A stretch of DNA of 24,170 nt from a virus (lineage: Duplodnaviria > Caudoviricetes). Of this stretch, positions 15,980 to 24,170 are shown one piece after another. Each line of letters starts with the position of its first letter. Within the stretch, counting starts at the first letter, position 1. A model generated the notes under the pieces. That model was given only the letters and a program-made list of their open reading frames with translations. It was not told the origin of the DNA and made no database searches. The stretch spans positions 1 through 24,170 of the IMG/VR virus record IMGVR_UViG_3300035676_000047; one strand, written 5' to 3'. The position numbers were made by a program, and so were the translations under genes.

Positions 15980-16338
15980 AGTCTATCATAGAACACGCTG
16001 AAAAATCTGATCTTGAAGTTTGCGGTTTCGTTCTCGTTGAGAACGGCGAACTGAGAACTGAGCCTGCAAAAAATATAGCTGTGTATGAAAATGATGTATT
16101 TGAAATACACCCGCTCGAAATCTTGCGCCACATTAGAAGCGGAACCCTAGCTGCCATTTACCATTCTCACCCACAAACAGAAGAGTTAGAGTCAAAGTTT
16201 GATAAATTCAATTGCGAGAATTCTTGTATTCCTTATGTTATTTATAGCAAGCAGACTAATAAATTTAATCTTTTGGTTCCAAGAAAGCCTCACGTAAAAA
16301 AAGAAAACTTAGAATTATTAAAAAAGCAATATGACTAA
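15976..16338 (+). CDS. lambda gpK-like JAB/MPN metalloprotease (JAB domain only)
   Basis: EVCG...IYHSHPQTEELESKFD fits JAMM E...HxHx7Sx2D; position between L and I. Confidence 0.88.
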   Translation: MKSIIEHAEKSDLEVCGFVLVENGELRTEPAKNIAVYENDVFEIHPLEILRHIRSGTLAAIYHSHPQTEELESKFDKFNCENSCIPYVIYSKQTNKFNLLVPRKPHVKKENLELLKKQYD

Positions 16339-18940
16339 TGTTTATTTATACGGCGAGTTGCAAAATAAGTTTGGAAGTGAATTTAGATTTAGCATAGGTT
16401 CGGCAAAGGAGGCTTTGCTCGCAATCAATGCAAACAGAAAAGGCTTTCTAGATGAGATAAAAAAGTTAGGAAGCAGAGGAATTTTTTATAGAGTTGTAGT
16501 TGACGATCAAGTTATACAAGATCCAAAAGAATTGGAAATAACAAAAGTTCCGCAAGAAGTTCATATCGTTCCTATCGTTTGGGGCGCAGGAAAAAATGGA
16601 GCTTTAATTGCTGTTGGCGCGATTTTGATGATTGCTACTGCTGGCGCAGCAGGACTTTTGGGAGCCGCAATGCAAGGCGCTATAATTGGCTCGGGAGGTA
16701 TGGCTGCTGGGTCTTTATTTGCTAGCGCGGTAGGCGCTGCTGGTGGCGGTCTAAGTATGTTTGGAAGCGTCCTATTTGGCATAGGAGCATCCTTGGCCCT
16801 TCAAGGCGTGATGGGATTATTGTACCCACCGCCAAAACCAGACTTTAACCAAGAAGTTGCAGCAGGCGGTAAATCTTATTTGTTTGGCGGCAGATCAAAC
16901 AATACAAGTCAAGGCCAAGCTGTTCCGGTGGGCTATGGTAGACTTCTCATCGGAAGCTCGCAAATAAGCTCAAATCTTGGACATTATCCTTTAAAAACGG
17001 ACATCAAAGCTTTGATGACTCCTGTTGATAGACCAATTGATGACTACACTGATCTTGAATTTAGCAACGAGGACGAAACGGCGGCTGTAGACAGTTTCTA
17101 CACAAATCAAGCAATGGGAATGGACGAATCTCTTTCGTTCACTAGCGTTAATATTTTAAATTCTTATTCCAGCATCATAAGCAGAAGCGTAGTGAAGGTC
17201 ACTACTGAGCCGGTTGAAGTGGTAGTCAAAAGAAATGCCGAAATAATTTCTAATCCAAATCTTCCTAATTACGATTCTCAAGTTCAATATCTGTGGGAAG
17301 ACATAAGCTCTGATACTAACAAAGGCAAAGTAAAAATAGAAAATCCCTATGCGTTTAATTCTGGAGTTGTATACAGGTCTTATTTTGCGAAAGACTTCGC
17401 GTATTACAGCAATTTAGTTGGAGCGCCAAATACCAGTGGTTCTTATTTTATTTCTTACCCTCAAAATACTTTGGTTAGATATGGACCAGCGCAATTCAGA
17501 ACCCTAGAATTTGCAGTTTGGGATACTGGCTATTACTACGCCAGTGGAGAATTAGCTAAATTAACTGGTACTACTGGCGATCTACATTATAAATCTTTAA
17601 CTGGGCATAGTGGAATCTCTCCAATCGATGCGACAAGCGGATCGACTTGTTGGAAGCCTGTAGCTTCTCCTGCGTCAGAGAGCCTTTATAAATCATTATT
17701 TGATGTCACTGGTTGGCTACCAACAGATACAAATGCTTGGTCGCAAATAACATCTCCAACAACAAGCGGACAGTTTCATGAATTAATCAATTTGTTTGGC
17801 TCTCCGTATTCGCCAGACGCTGTTCACGGCAATGCGATAAAGGACGTAAATATAAATACTGTTATTAGTCTTGAAGGAAGCTCGCCTAATGTTGGATTAA
17901 ATGCGGATAATTATGCCATGGAATTTCTTGGATTTTATAAAGTTCCTTTCGTAAGGAACAGAGTAATAAATATCGCTGACGCTGAAAATGGCGTAATGTA
18001 TGAAGTTATAAACCCCGGAGCCACAGGAGTTCAATGGACTGGCGCTGGATTAACTGGACAAGGTGGTTCAGCTATACCTGTTGTAGCTGGAATGACTTTT
18101 ACAAAAAATGCAAATCAAGTTACTGGAGATGGAACTGTTGTAAGAGTAGCTTCATATAAATTTAAATTAGATTCTGATGACGCTTCTGATCTATACATTG
18201 ATGGTCAATTAGCCAGTTCATACTACGGTAATCACGGAATGTATTCGGGTTTTGCCGATTATCAAAACCCAACAGAAGGAGAAATAGAAGCTCTTACCTC
18301 AACAACATTAGCTATTCCATTAACTATTGGTTATCATAGGATATATGCCAGATTTCAAGATAGTCTTGGTGGAGAAGGCATTTCAATATACAGAAAACTT
18401 GATACAAACGGCGATGGAGTTTATTCTGACTGGTCTATCGCTCCGAAAGATGAACTGTATCACAGAAAGATTTCAGACTTTTCTGTTAATCGGGCCAACA
18501 AGTTTTCGACTAAAAACGAGCTTATTCCCGCATCTTCTACAGTAGTTGGTAAAAAATATAGAATTGCTATAGTAGGGTCGATTAATTGGGGCTCCATAGG
18601 AGCAAGTTCTCCAAGAATCGGAACTGTCTTTGTCAGAAGAGCAGGCTCAGTAACTGGTTCTGATGGGTTCGTTTTTGAAGATACATTCAGCCATTATGAA
18701 TCAACAGCAGCTAATTCAAATAGAATAGTGGTATTTTCTTCTGAACGTCCCAAAAAGAACGAAAAAATAGACACAGGTTTATCTTATTATCAGGCAAAAT
18801 ATAAATGTAAAGTAATCGTGGACAACGAAGAAAAGAACACTGCTCCAGTTAAGTTAAACATAAGATTTCTGCCAACAGAAGTCCAATTGGATTCAACACA
18901 AAGGGGAGATTTATCTATCCCAGCTTTCACTGATGTATGA
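16331..18940 (+). CDS. lambda gpI-like tail assembly protein with long multidomain C-terminal extension
   Basis: VYLYGEL..KFG, EALLAI, VHIVPIVWGAG, Gly/Ala-rich hydrophobic tract, SYLFGG..N...QGQAVPVGYGRLLIGS; then about 660 aa with PA14 and CBM-like motifs. Confidence 0.9.
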   Translation: MTNVYLYGELQNKFGSEFRFSIGSAKEALLAINANRKGFLDEIKKLGSRGIFYRVVVDDQVIQDPKELEITKVPQEVHIVPIVWGAGKNGALIAVGAILMIATAGAAGLLGAAMQGAIIGSGGMAAGSLFASAVGAAGGGLSMFGSVLFGIGASLALQGVMGLLYPPPKPDFNQEVAAGGKSYLFGGRSNNTSQGQAVPVGYGRLLIGSSQISSNLGHYPLKTDIKALMTPVDRPIDDYTDLEFSNEDETAAVDSFYTNQAMGMDESLSFTSVNILNSYSSIISRSVVKVTTEPVEVVVKRNAEIISNPNLPNYDSQVQYLWEDISSDTNKGKVKIENPYAFNSGVVYRSYFAKDFAYYSNLVGAPNTSGSYFISYPQNTLVRYGPAQFRTLEFAVWDTGYYYASGELAKLTGTTGDLHYKSLTGHSGISPIDATSGSTCWKPVASPASESLYKSLFDVTGWLPTDTNAWSQITSPTTSGQFHELINLFGSPYSPDAVHGNAIKDVNINTVISLEGSSPNVGLNADNYAMEFLGFYKVPFVRNRVINIADAENGVMYEVINPGATGVQWTGAGLTGQGGSAIPVVAGMTFTKNANQVTGDGTVVRVASYKFKLDSDDASDLYIDGQLASSYYGNHGMYSGFADYQNPTEGEIEALTSTTLAIPLTIGYHRIYARFQDSLGGEGISIYRKLDTNGDGVYSDWSIAPKDELYHRKISDFSVNRANKFSTKNELIPASSTVVGKKYRIAIVGSINWGSIGASSPRIGTVFVRRAGSVTGSDGFVFEDTFSHYESTAANSNRIVVFSSERPKKNEKIDTGLSYYQAKYKCKVIVDNEEKNTAPVKLNIRFLPTEVQLDSTQRGDLSIPAFTDV

Positions 18941-19848
18941 AAATATTAAATCCATACAGATTTTTAAAAGGAATGGGTGGGGCGGGGAGTAAGGGAGGAG
19001 ATGCGCCGAAATTAGTTCCACCGCAAGCCCAAAACTTGAGAAGAACTATTTCTCTTAGTGAAACTATAGATATATTATGCGAAGGACCGATCTATGGATT
19101 AGTAGATCAATTTGGCAAAAAGGTTTATGGCTTAGATATGCTTAAAGGAGTTTACTTAAATGGAATGCCAGTAATGAATAACAAAGGCGAATATAATTTC
19201 AGAAATATACTAATGGAGATTAATCTTGGGACTGAAAACCAAAAACCATTGCCAAGCTTTAAAAATGTAAATGTTCCGAGAGGCAGCGGGTTCAAGTTAC
19301 TTGGGCCGATAAAAGCAAGCGATGATGGAGGCGAAGCTGAACTAAACATAAGAAATGGCGATAATTTCGTCATTTGGGCTAAAGGTATTGCAGGCAACGG
19401 AGATTGGCCTTCTGAAGATAAAGACCCATTTGTGTTTATTCATAAAATAAAAAATAAAGATGTTAGCAGAGTTAAAATAAGTTTATTGATCGAAGCGTTA
19501 TCGGATACTGTTGATAAACCATCAGCTAAGGACGCCAAGGATATTGGAACAGTGAAAGAAGCAACATTAAAATTATTTTTAACGTATGGATTAGAAAATT
19601 CTTTTACCGTAAGAGGCAGAATGATCACTATCCGTGGAACTGCAACAAGCCCATTTGGCATGATAATCGGAGAATCAGACTCTGAAGAGGATGCTGCGGC
19701 ATCAACATCAGCAGAAGCAATTGCTGCGGGAGGGGTAATATCAAATGGATATAGTTCTATAACGCCAAGTGGCGGCAGATCAAGAACGCCATCTAATGGA
19801 TGGGGTACTTATAATGAAAATAAAAATAAAGACTTTCAACTGATATAA
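18937..19848 (+). CDS. gpJ-like tail tip protein, N-terminal part
   Basis: GSKGG, IDILCEGPIYGLV, VYLNGMPV...YNF, LGTENQ.PL..F, ITIRGTATSPF match the N-terminal region of lambda-type gpJ. Confidence 0.85.
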   Translation: MKILNPYRFLKGMGGAGSKGGDAPKLVPPQAQNLRRTISLSETIDILCEGPIYGLVDQFGKKVYGLDMLKGVYLNGMPVMNNKGEYNFRNILMEINLGTENQKPLPSFKNVNVPRGSGFKLLGPIKASDDGGEAELNIRNGDNFVIWAKGIAGNGDWPSEDKDPFVFIHKIKNKDVSRVKISLLIEALSDTVDKPSAKDAKDIGTVKEATLKLFLTYGLENSFTVRGRMITIRGTATSPFGMIIGESDSEEDAAASTSAEAIAAGGVISNGYSSITPSGGRSRTPSNGWGTYNENKNKDFQLI

Positions 19849-19854
19849 TAAAAG

Positions 19855-20397
19855 ATGCCAATAGAAAAAACAGCGCAAGAACAGGTGGCAGATAAGCTTT
19901 ATCCTACAAATCCTGCCAAGATATTAAATACTATTAGTTTCTTAAAGAGAAGATATTTTAATCACTATATCCCATCTTCCCCGCAAAGAAATTTAGTTAG
20001 CGCTGGGTATGTTGGTCTTGGGGTAGGAACAGCGGCTACATTCGCTTCTGTAACAGCATCAGCAATAAAAGGCAGTCCGATAACCTTAACAGGCACAGCA
20101 ACATATAGATTAACAAATGGAGCTACGGGAACTGTAGTACCAGCTTTGGGTTTGGTTGCTCAAATAAATATAGGCAGGCTAGATACTAGTTATGTTTCTT
20201 TTCAAGTTAGATCTTTGCCATCTGAAATAAGTGCAAATGGCACATTTTCATTTACCATACCGGGTTCAGAAACTCTGAAAATGGCAGCGGGAACTCATAC
20301 GGTTTACATCGACGCCCTTTCTCCAATAGGATCGGTAAGGTTAGCGGCTTCTGGAATGGAAAATGACGTAAGAACTTTTGTTATTACTGAATCTTGA
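19855..20397 (+). CDS. bacterial Ig-like domain protein inserted between the two gpJ halves
   Basis: ITLTGTA...ANGTFSFTIP...AAGTHTVYIDA is a Big-type Ig signature. Confidence 0.7.
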   Translation: MPIEKTAQEQVADKLYPTNPAKILNTISFLKRRYFNHYIPSSPQRNLVSAGYVGLGVGTAATFASVTASAIKGSPITLTGTATYRLTNGATGTVVPALGLVAQINIGRLDTSYVSFQVRSLPSEISANGTFSFTIPGSETLKMAAGTHTVYIDALSPIGSVRLAASGMENDVRTFVITES

Positions 20398-20410
20398 TTT
20401 ATAATAAATT

Positions 20411-23400
20411 ATGGACGACTACTATTCAGATCAGTCACAAGGAAACCAAGATTCAGAGAGTAATCCAATCCATCTTGCTGATTCTGGTATGGGGGAAATC
20501 ATTTTGCCACCATCTATTGATGGTAGAGATAGATTTATTTCTTTAGAAAAAATTACTCCAGAAACAGTTAATCCATTGGTAAAAAGAGATGTTTCGGTTG
20601 AAAGCGTAATTGAAACGATAGACAGAAGTTTTTCTTATCCTATGACCGCGCACGTAGGATTAAAGTTTGACTCTAGAACTTTTTCTAATTTTCCAAAAAG
20701 AGAATTTGATGTAAAAATGAAGAAGGTCAAAGTACCTTCAAATTACTATGCGGTTGGCGGAAATGGCTTAGACAGGCGTTATATCTATACTAGTCCAAAC
20801 TTTGCTGGAGACCCAAGTAATCTCGATATTGCCTTTGTTGTGGATCAGAACATGAATTACGCACAAAGACAGTTGCTTCTTAGAAATATCAAAGAGATGA
20901 TATCTAAGCTGGTTGCTGGATATACATTTGTAAGAGCGTCAATCTGGCAAACTTCTGCGAGTCAGAATACCACTTTAAACCAAAAAACGGGAGAAGTGCT
21001 AACTGGATTCACTTACTACGAAACTGATGATTTTTTTGAAATAGAGAGCCCAGATGCTGCTGGAACGTCTAGCACAAACTTATTAACAAAGCTAACCGCA
21101 GCATTAAATTTTTCCAATAAGATCACGACAGATCCAACCGAAACTTCAATAGCTAATTTCTTCTTGAGAAGAAGCCAGTTCGGTTTGACTGATGAAGCTG
21201 GCACTTTAAACGAAGAAGACGTACTGAGCAAAATTTGGGCGAATACTGTTAGAAAAGTAGTATACTTTTCTGGATCAGAGCCAGAAACAATGTCTGCTAG
21301 AACTTATGCGACGCTTCTGAACCATGCTCAAGAAAATGCAATTCAGATATACTATATATTCAATGACGCCAATTCTTCTGGCACAAGAACACTTAGAGAG
21401 TTGGCGGTTGATTCGGGTGGTGGAAAATTTAACTGCCGTCATGATTCAGATATAGAATTTCAAAAGTTTTGCAGTGATCAGTTTTACGATCATAATAAAA
21501 TTTATTATGGTGACTGGGATGGAACATTCAAAATAGCTTGGACAGATAATCCCGCATGGGTTCTGTATGACATCATTACAGATGTGAATTATGGGCTTGG
21601 CAATTACATCGACAATAATTCAATCGATAAATGGACCCTTTATGACATTGGTAGATACTGCGACGCAGTAAATGACAAAGGCTTCTTTGAAGGCGTATCT
21701 GATGGTAGAGGCGGGCTAGAGCCAAGATACAGTTGTAATATTTATTTCGGTAATAAGGAAGAAGCTTACAAAGTAATCAAAGATATTGCAGCTATCTTTA
21801 AAGGTATAGTATATTGGAACACAGAAGGGTTTTCCTTCTTTGCTGATCGTCCAAAGCAACCAATAATGTACTTCGCCAATTCTAATGTTGTCAACGGCGA
21901 ATTCAACTATACGGAAACTGCAAAAAATCTTAGGTATACTAGCGTAGAGGTAGTATACAACGATAAGTTTGATAACTTTAAAACAAAAATAGAATTCATT
22001 GAAGACGTTGATGGCATCAGAACATTTGGATTTAATCCATTTAAAGTAAATGCTGCTGGATGCACTTCTCGTTCTGAAGCTAGAAGAATAGGCCGATACA
22101 TTCTTCATTCTTCAATGTTTGAGGCGGATACTGTTGCTTTTACCGCTGGACTAGAAGGTGCGTATCTGCAACCTGGCGATATATTCGCAGTTAGCGATGA
22201 ACTGAAAAACGTAGCCAGAACATTCGGAAGAATCTTATCTATAGATACTGCCGACAACTCGATAAGAATCGACGGCGAGTTTTCAACAGGGCTAGATTCT
22301 GGAATATACATTCATATTCCTTCTGGTAATTATGCGGTTTCTGATCTGAATACAATGACAGGTTCAGACGGATCATTTAGTGGAACTTTAGAAAATATAA
22401 GAGCGAGAAGACAGTCGCAAGTTAAAAAGTTTAATATTTCATCTTATACTGATCTAGACTATGGATCGCTTTTAACCTTGACAGGCAATTTCCTTTTAAA
22501 GTCTGGAGTAGTTGATGTTCATGTTGATGAAGGAAGAATCTCTGGATCAAGCCAAGTAACAGGAGACACTAATCTGGATGGAACTTTTTATATATTTCCA
22601 GAAGAGACTATCATTGCTGGAAATCCGCAAATTGATACTGTCAGCTTTGAAGAAGTCTCTGGCGTACTGAGAGACTTAGAGATTGATGTTAATATATCTG
22701 GAACTGGTTTGACTGGGCAGCTAATTGGGAACGAAGCAGATTGGACTGGCGTTATCTCTTATTCTATATCTTCTAATTCTACTCTAGCTGTAAATGGAAG
22801 CACGCTAGCGACACTTAGTACAAATCAAATATATGCAGCTAGACTAACTGCTGCTGGAGCAATCCAAGCATCAGGAACTATTGCCTCGCTTGACGATATT
22901 TTTTCAAATGCAATATTTACTTCTGCTACGGATGGTCAAGTCGTCACTGTATTTACAAGAGGTGGAGTAATAAGTAATTCTTTTAATGCAAGCTCAACTT
23001 GGTCAACTAATTACGGAGCAACTGAAATTTATAAAATCGGAAGAGATTTATCTTCGACTTCAACAAGTTTTGGATATGCCTGTGCATTCGTAAAGGGAGG
23101 CTATAGAATAGTAGAGAGGGCTTCAAAAGCACTAAACGATTATGGAAGTCTAAGATTTACGTACAGAAATCTTTTGGCTTTCTCAAAGCTAAGAGGTTAT
23201 TATACTTTCTTACAAGCTGAAGTTGGAAACGCGCAACAATCTAAGTACGATGAGTGGCAAGGCGGTAGAAAATATGAAGCGGGTAATATTGTTAGGTTTT
23301 CAGACAACGTATATACTTGCACAAGAGATCACAATTCGGATTTTACTGATAGTACAGGCGTCTTTTCTAATGATTACTTCGCTGGCAACTCAGCTAGATC

Positions 23401-24170
23401 GAAATGGCTGCTTGGCTCAAGCAATGGTTATTCTGTAATAGGATTTCCAAAGGATTTCTTTGGTGCTCAAAAGACTTACATCAATCAGTCGCTAACTGCC
23501 TCTGGAGTTCTGCAAGCTTTTGCGACTCTGGGAATTGAAATGTTTAGTGGGGCAGGAACTTTTGGGCAAACTGACATAAGAGTTTTAAATGCATCAGAAG
23601 GGATAGGATTTAGCGGTTTTGTTTATGGCACAGGTTTCGAAAAAGGATTTTATTCATTAAATCTAGATACGAATCCACAAAAATTAGATTTAGTAAGTGC
23701 TGGTTCTTTGTATGTATTAAGCGGTTCTGGAGTAGAGCCAAAGCTATATAAAACTATCGCTACTAAAGAAGAAGAAATGAATCAATATGCTATTGTTGGC
23801 ATAGAGTTCAATGCAAATAAAGAAGAGTTTATCGAGAGAGATATCATTGATACATCCCCAAATCTTTACGTAAAATCAGTTTATGATGTGGTAATCAAGC
23901 CAGATTCTCCAAGCTATATCACTGGTACTGGCATTTTAAATTCAACTGGATTATATTTTAATTGGAATGCCGTCACAACAACGCCAATTGGTGGATATAA
24001 AGTCTACGTAAGCCGTCCAGATTACTCCTCTCCAACAGTTAGTGCGATGACTCAGGCGTACTTTGTCGCTTCTGGTGTAACTGGACTCACTATTGATGTA
24101 AGCGGTAAATACGGCCAATACGACATTAATGTATATGGGCAAGGGGTAAATCCTTATAAGCTTCTTTCTA
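20411..24170 (+). CDS. gpJ-like host-specificity/tail tip protein, C-terminal part (runs off the window; at least 1253 codons)
   Basis: Hand translation from ATG 20411: FSYPMTAHVGLKFDSRTF, KVKVPSNY, GDWDGTFKIAWTDNPAWVLYD, IDKWTLY.IGRYCD, DGRGGLEPRYSCN, GCTSRSEARRIGRY, LQPGDIF.VSD, FN3-like end. No stop seen, consistent with its absence from the ORF track. Confidence 0.93.
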   Translation, partial: MDDYYSDQSQGNQDSESNPIHLADSGMGEIILPPSIDGRDRFISLEKITPETVNPLVKRDVSVESVIETIDRSFSYPMTAHVGLKFDSRTFSNFPKREFDVKMKKVKVPSNYYAVGGNGLDRRYIYTSPNFAGDPSNLDIAFVVDQNMNYAQRQLLLRNIKEMISKLVAGYTFVRASIWQTSASQNTTLNQKTGEVLTGFTYYETDDFFEIESPDAAGTSSTNLLTKLTAALNFSNKITTDPTETSIANFFLRRSQFGLTDEAGTLNEEDVLSKIWANTVRKVVYFSGSEPETMSARTYATLLNHAQENAIQIYYIFNDANSSGTRTLRELAVDSGGGKFNCRHDSDIEFQKFCSDQFYDHNKIYYGDWDGTFKIAWTDNPAWVLYDIITDVNYGLGNYIDNNSIDKWTLYDIGRYCDAVNDKGFFEGVSDGRGGLEPRYSCNIYFGNKEEAYKVIKDIAAIFKGIVYWNTEGFSFFADRPKQPIMYFANSNVVNGEFNYTETAKNLRYTSVEVVYNDKFDNFKTKIEFIEDVDGIRTFGFNPFKVNAAGCTSRSEARRIGRYILHSSMFEADTVAFTAGLEGAYLQPGDIFAVSDELKNVARTFGRILSIDTADNSIRIDGEFSTGLDSGIYIHIPSGNYAVSDLNTMTGSDGSFSGTLENIRARRQSQVKKFNISSYTDLDYGSLLTLTGNFLLKSGVVDVHVDEGRISGSSQVTGDTNLDGTFYIFPEETIIAGNPQIDTVSFEEVSGVLRDLEIDVNISGTGLTGQLIGNEADWTGVISYSISSNSTLAVNGSTLATLSTNQIYAARLTAAGAIQASGTIASLDDIFSNAIFTSATDGQVVTVFTRGGVISNSFNASSTWSTNYGATEIYKIGRDLSSTSTSFGYACAFVKGGYRIVERASKALNDYGSLRFTYRNLLAFSKLRGYYTFLQAEVGNAQQSKYDEWQGGRKYEAGNIVRFSDNVYTCTRDHNSDFTDSTGVFSNDYFAGNSARSKWLLGSSNGYSVIGFPKDFFGAQKTYINQSLTASGVLQAFATLGIEMFSGAGTFGQTDIRVLNASEGIGFSGFVYGTGFEKGFYSLNLDTNPQKLDLVSAGSLYVLSGSGVEPKLYKTIATKEEEMNQYAIVGIEFNANKEEFIERDIIDTSPNLYVKSVYDVVIKPDSPSYITGTGILNSTGLYFNWNAVTTTPIGGYKVYVSRPDYSSPTVSAMTQAYFVASGVTGLTIDVSGKYGQYDINVYGQGVNPYKLLS

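Noticed and set aside
19846-20410. Stop-codon recoding or readthrough joining the gpJ pieces
   Set aside because: J-N ends in tandem TAA TAA, J-C is in another frame, and long genes elsewhere are intact under code 11 with TAA, TGA and TAG all used as stops.
19670-20490. Group I/II intron or intein interrupting gpJ
   Set aside because: No recognisable intron core, homing-endonuclease, RT or intein terminal motifs; the interval is almost fully coding. Not formally excluded without a covariance-model search.
21016-24142. Short ORFs listed in the track across the last 3 kb
   Set aside because: They overlap the continuous gpJ C-terminal frame starting at 20411.
14474-24170. Diversity-generating retroelement or invertible cassette acting on tail genes
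   Set aside because: No reverse transcriptase, recombinase or near-identical TR/VR repeat pair seen in the window.

Overview
A 24 kb segment of a large tailed-phage (Caudoviricetes) genome read in the standard genetic code. Left arm (1-14443) is mostly minus strand and densely packed: a partial tRNA-Arg(UCU), many small phage hypotheticals, a DUF1599/Nmad1 protein, rIIB and rIIA, a UvsE UV-damage endonuclease, an HNH-AP2 endonuclease, a PD-(D/E)xK-like nuclease, an S26 signal peptidase, a GT9-like glycosyltransferase, a T4 DNA beta-glucosyltransferase-like gene coupled to a Zn-dependent cytosine deaminase, and a GNAT-like gene. Right arm (14474 to end) is a plus-strand lambda-type tail-tip module (gpL, gpK, gpI, gpJ) heavily decorated with inserted glycan-binding/adhesion domains (PA14, CBM5/12-like, vWA, ILEI-like, Ig). 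gpJ is split into two genes with an Ig-like gene in between; the large gpJ C-terminal ORF (20411 to beyond 24170) is absent from the ORF track because it has no stop in the window. The best leads are the deaminase + beta-glucosyltransferase pair (possible DNA hypermodification), the split gpJ, and the nested domain architecture of gpI. All family assignments come from motif recognition by eye, not from database searches.
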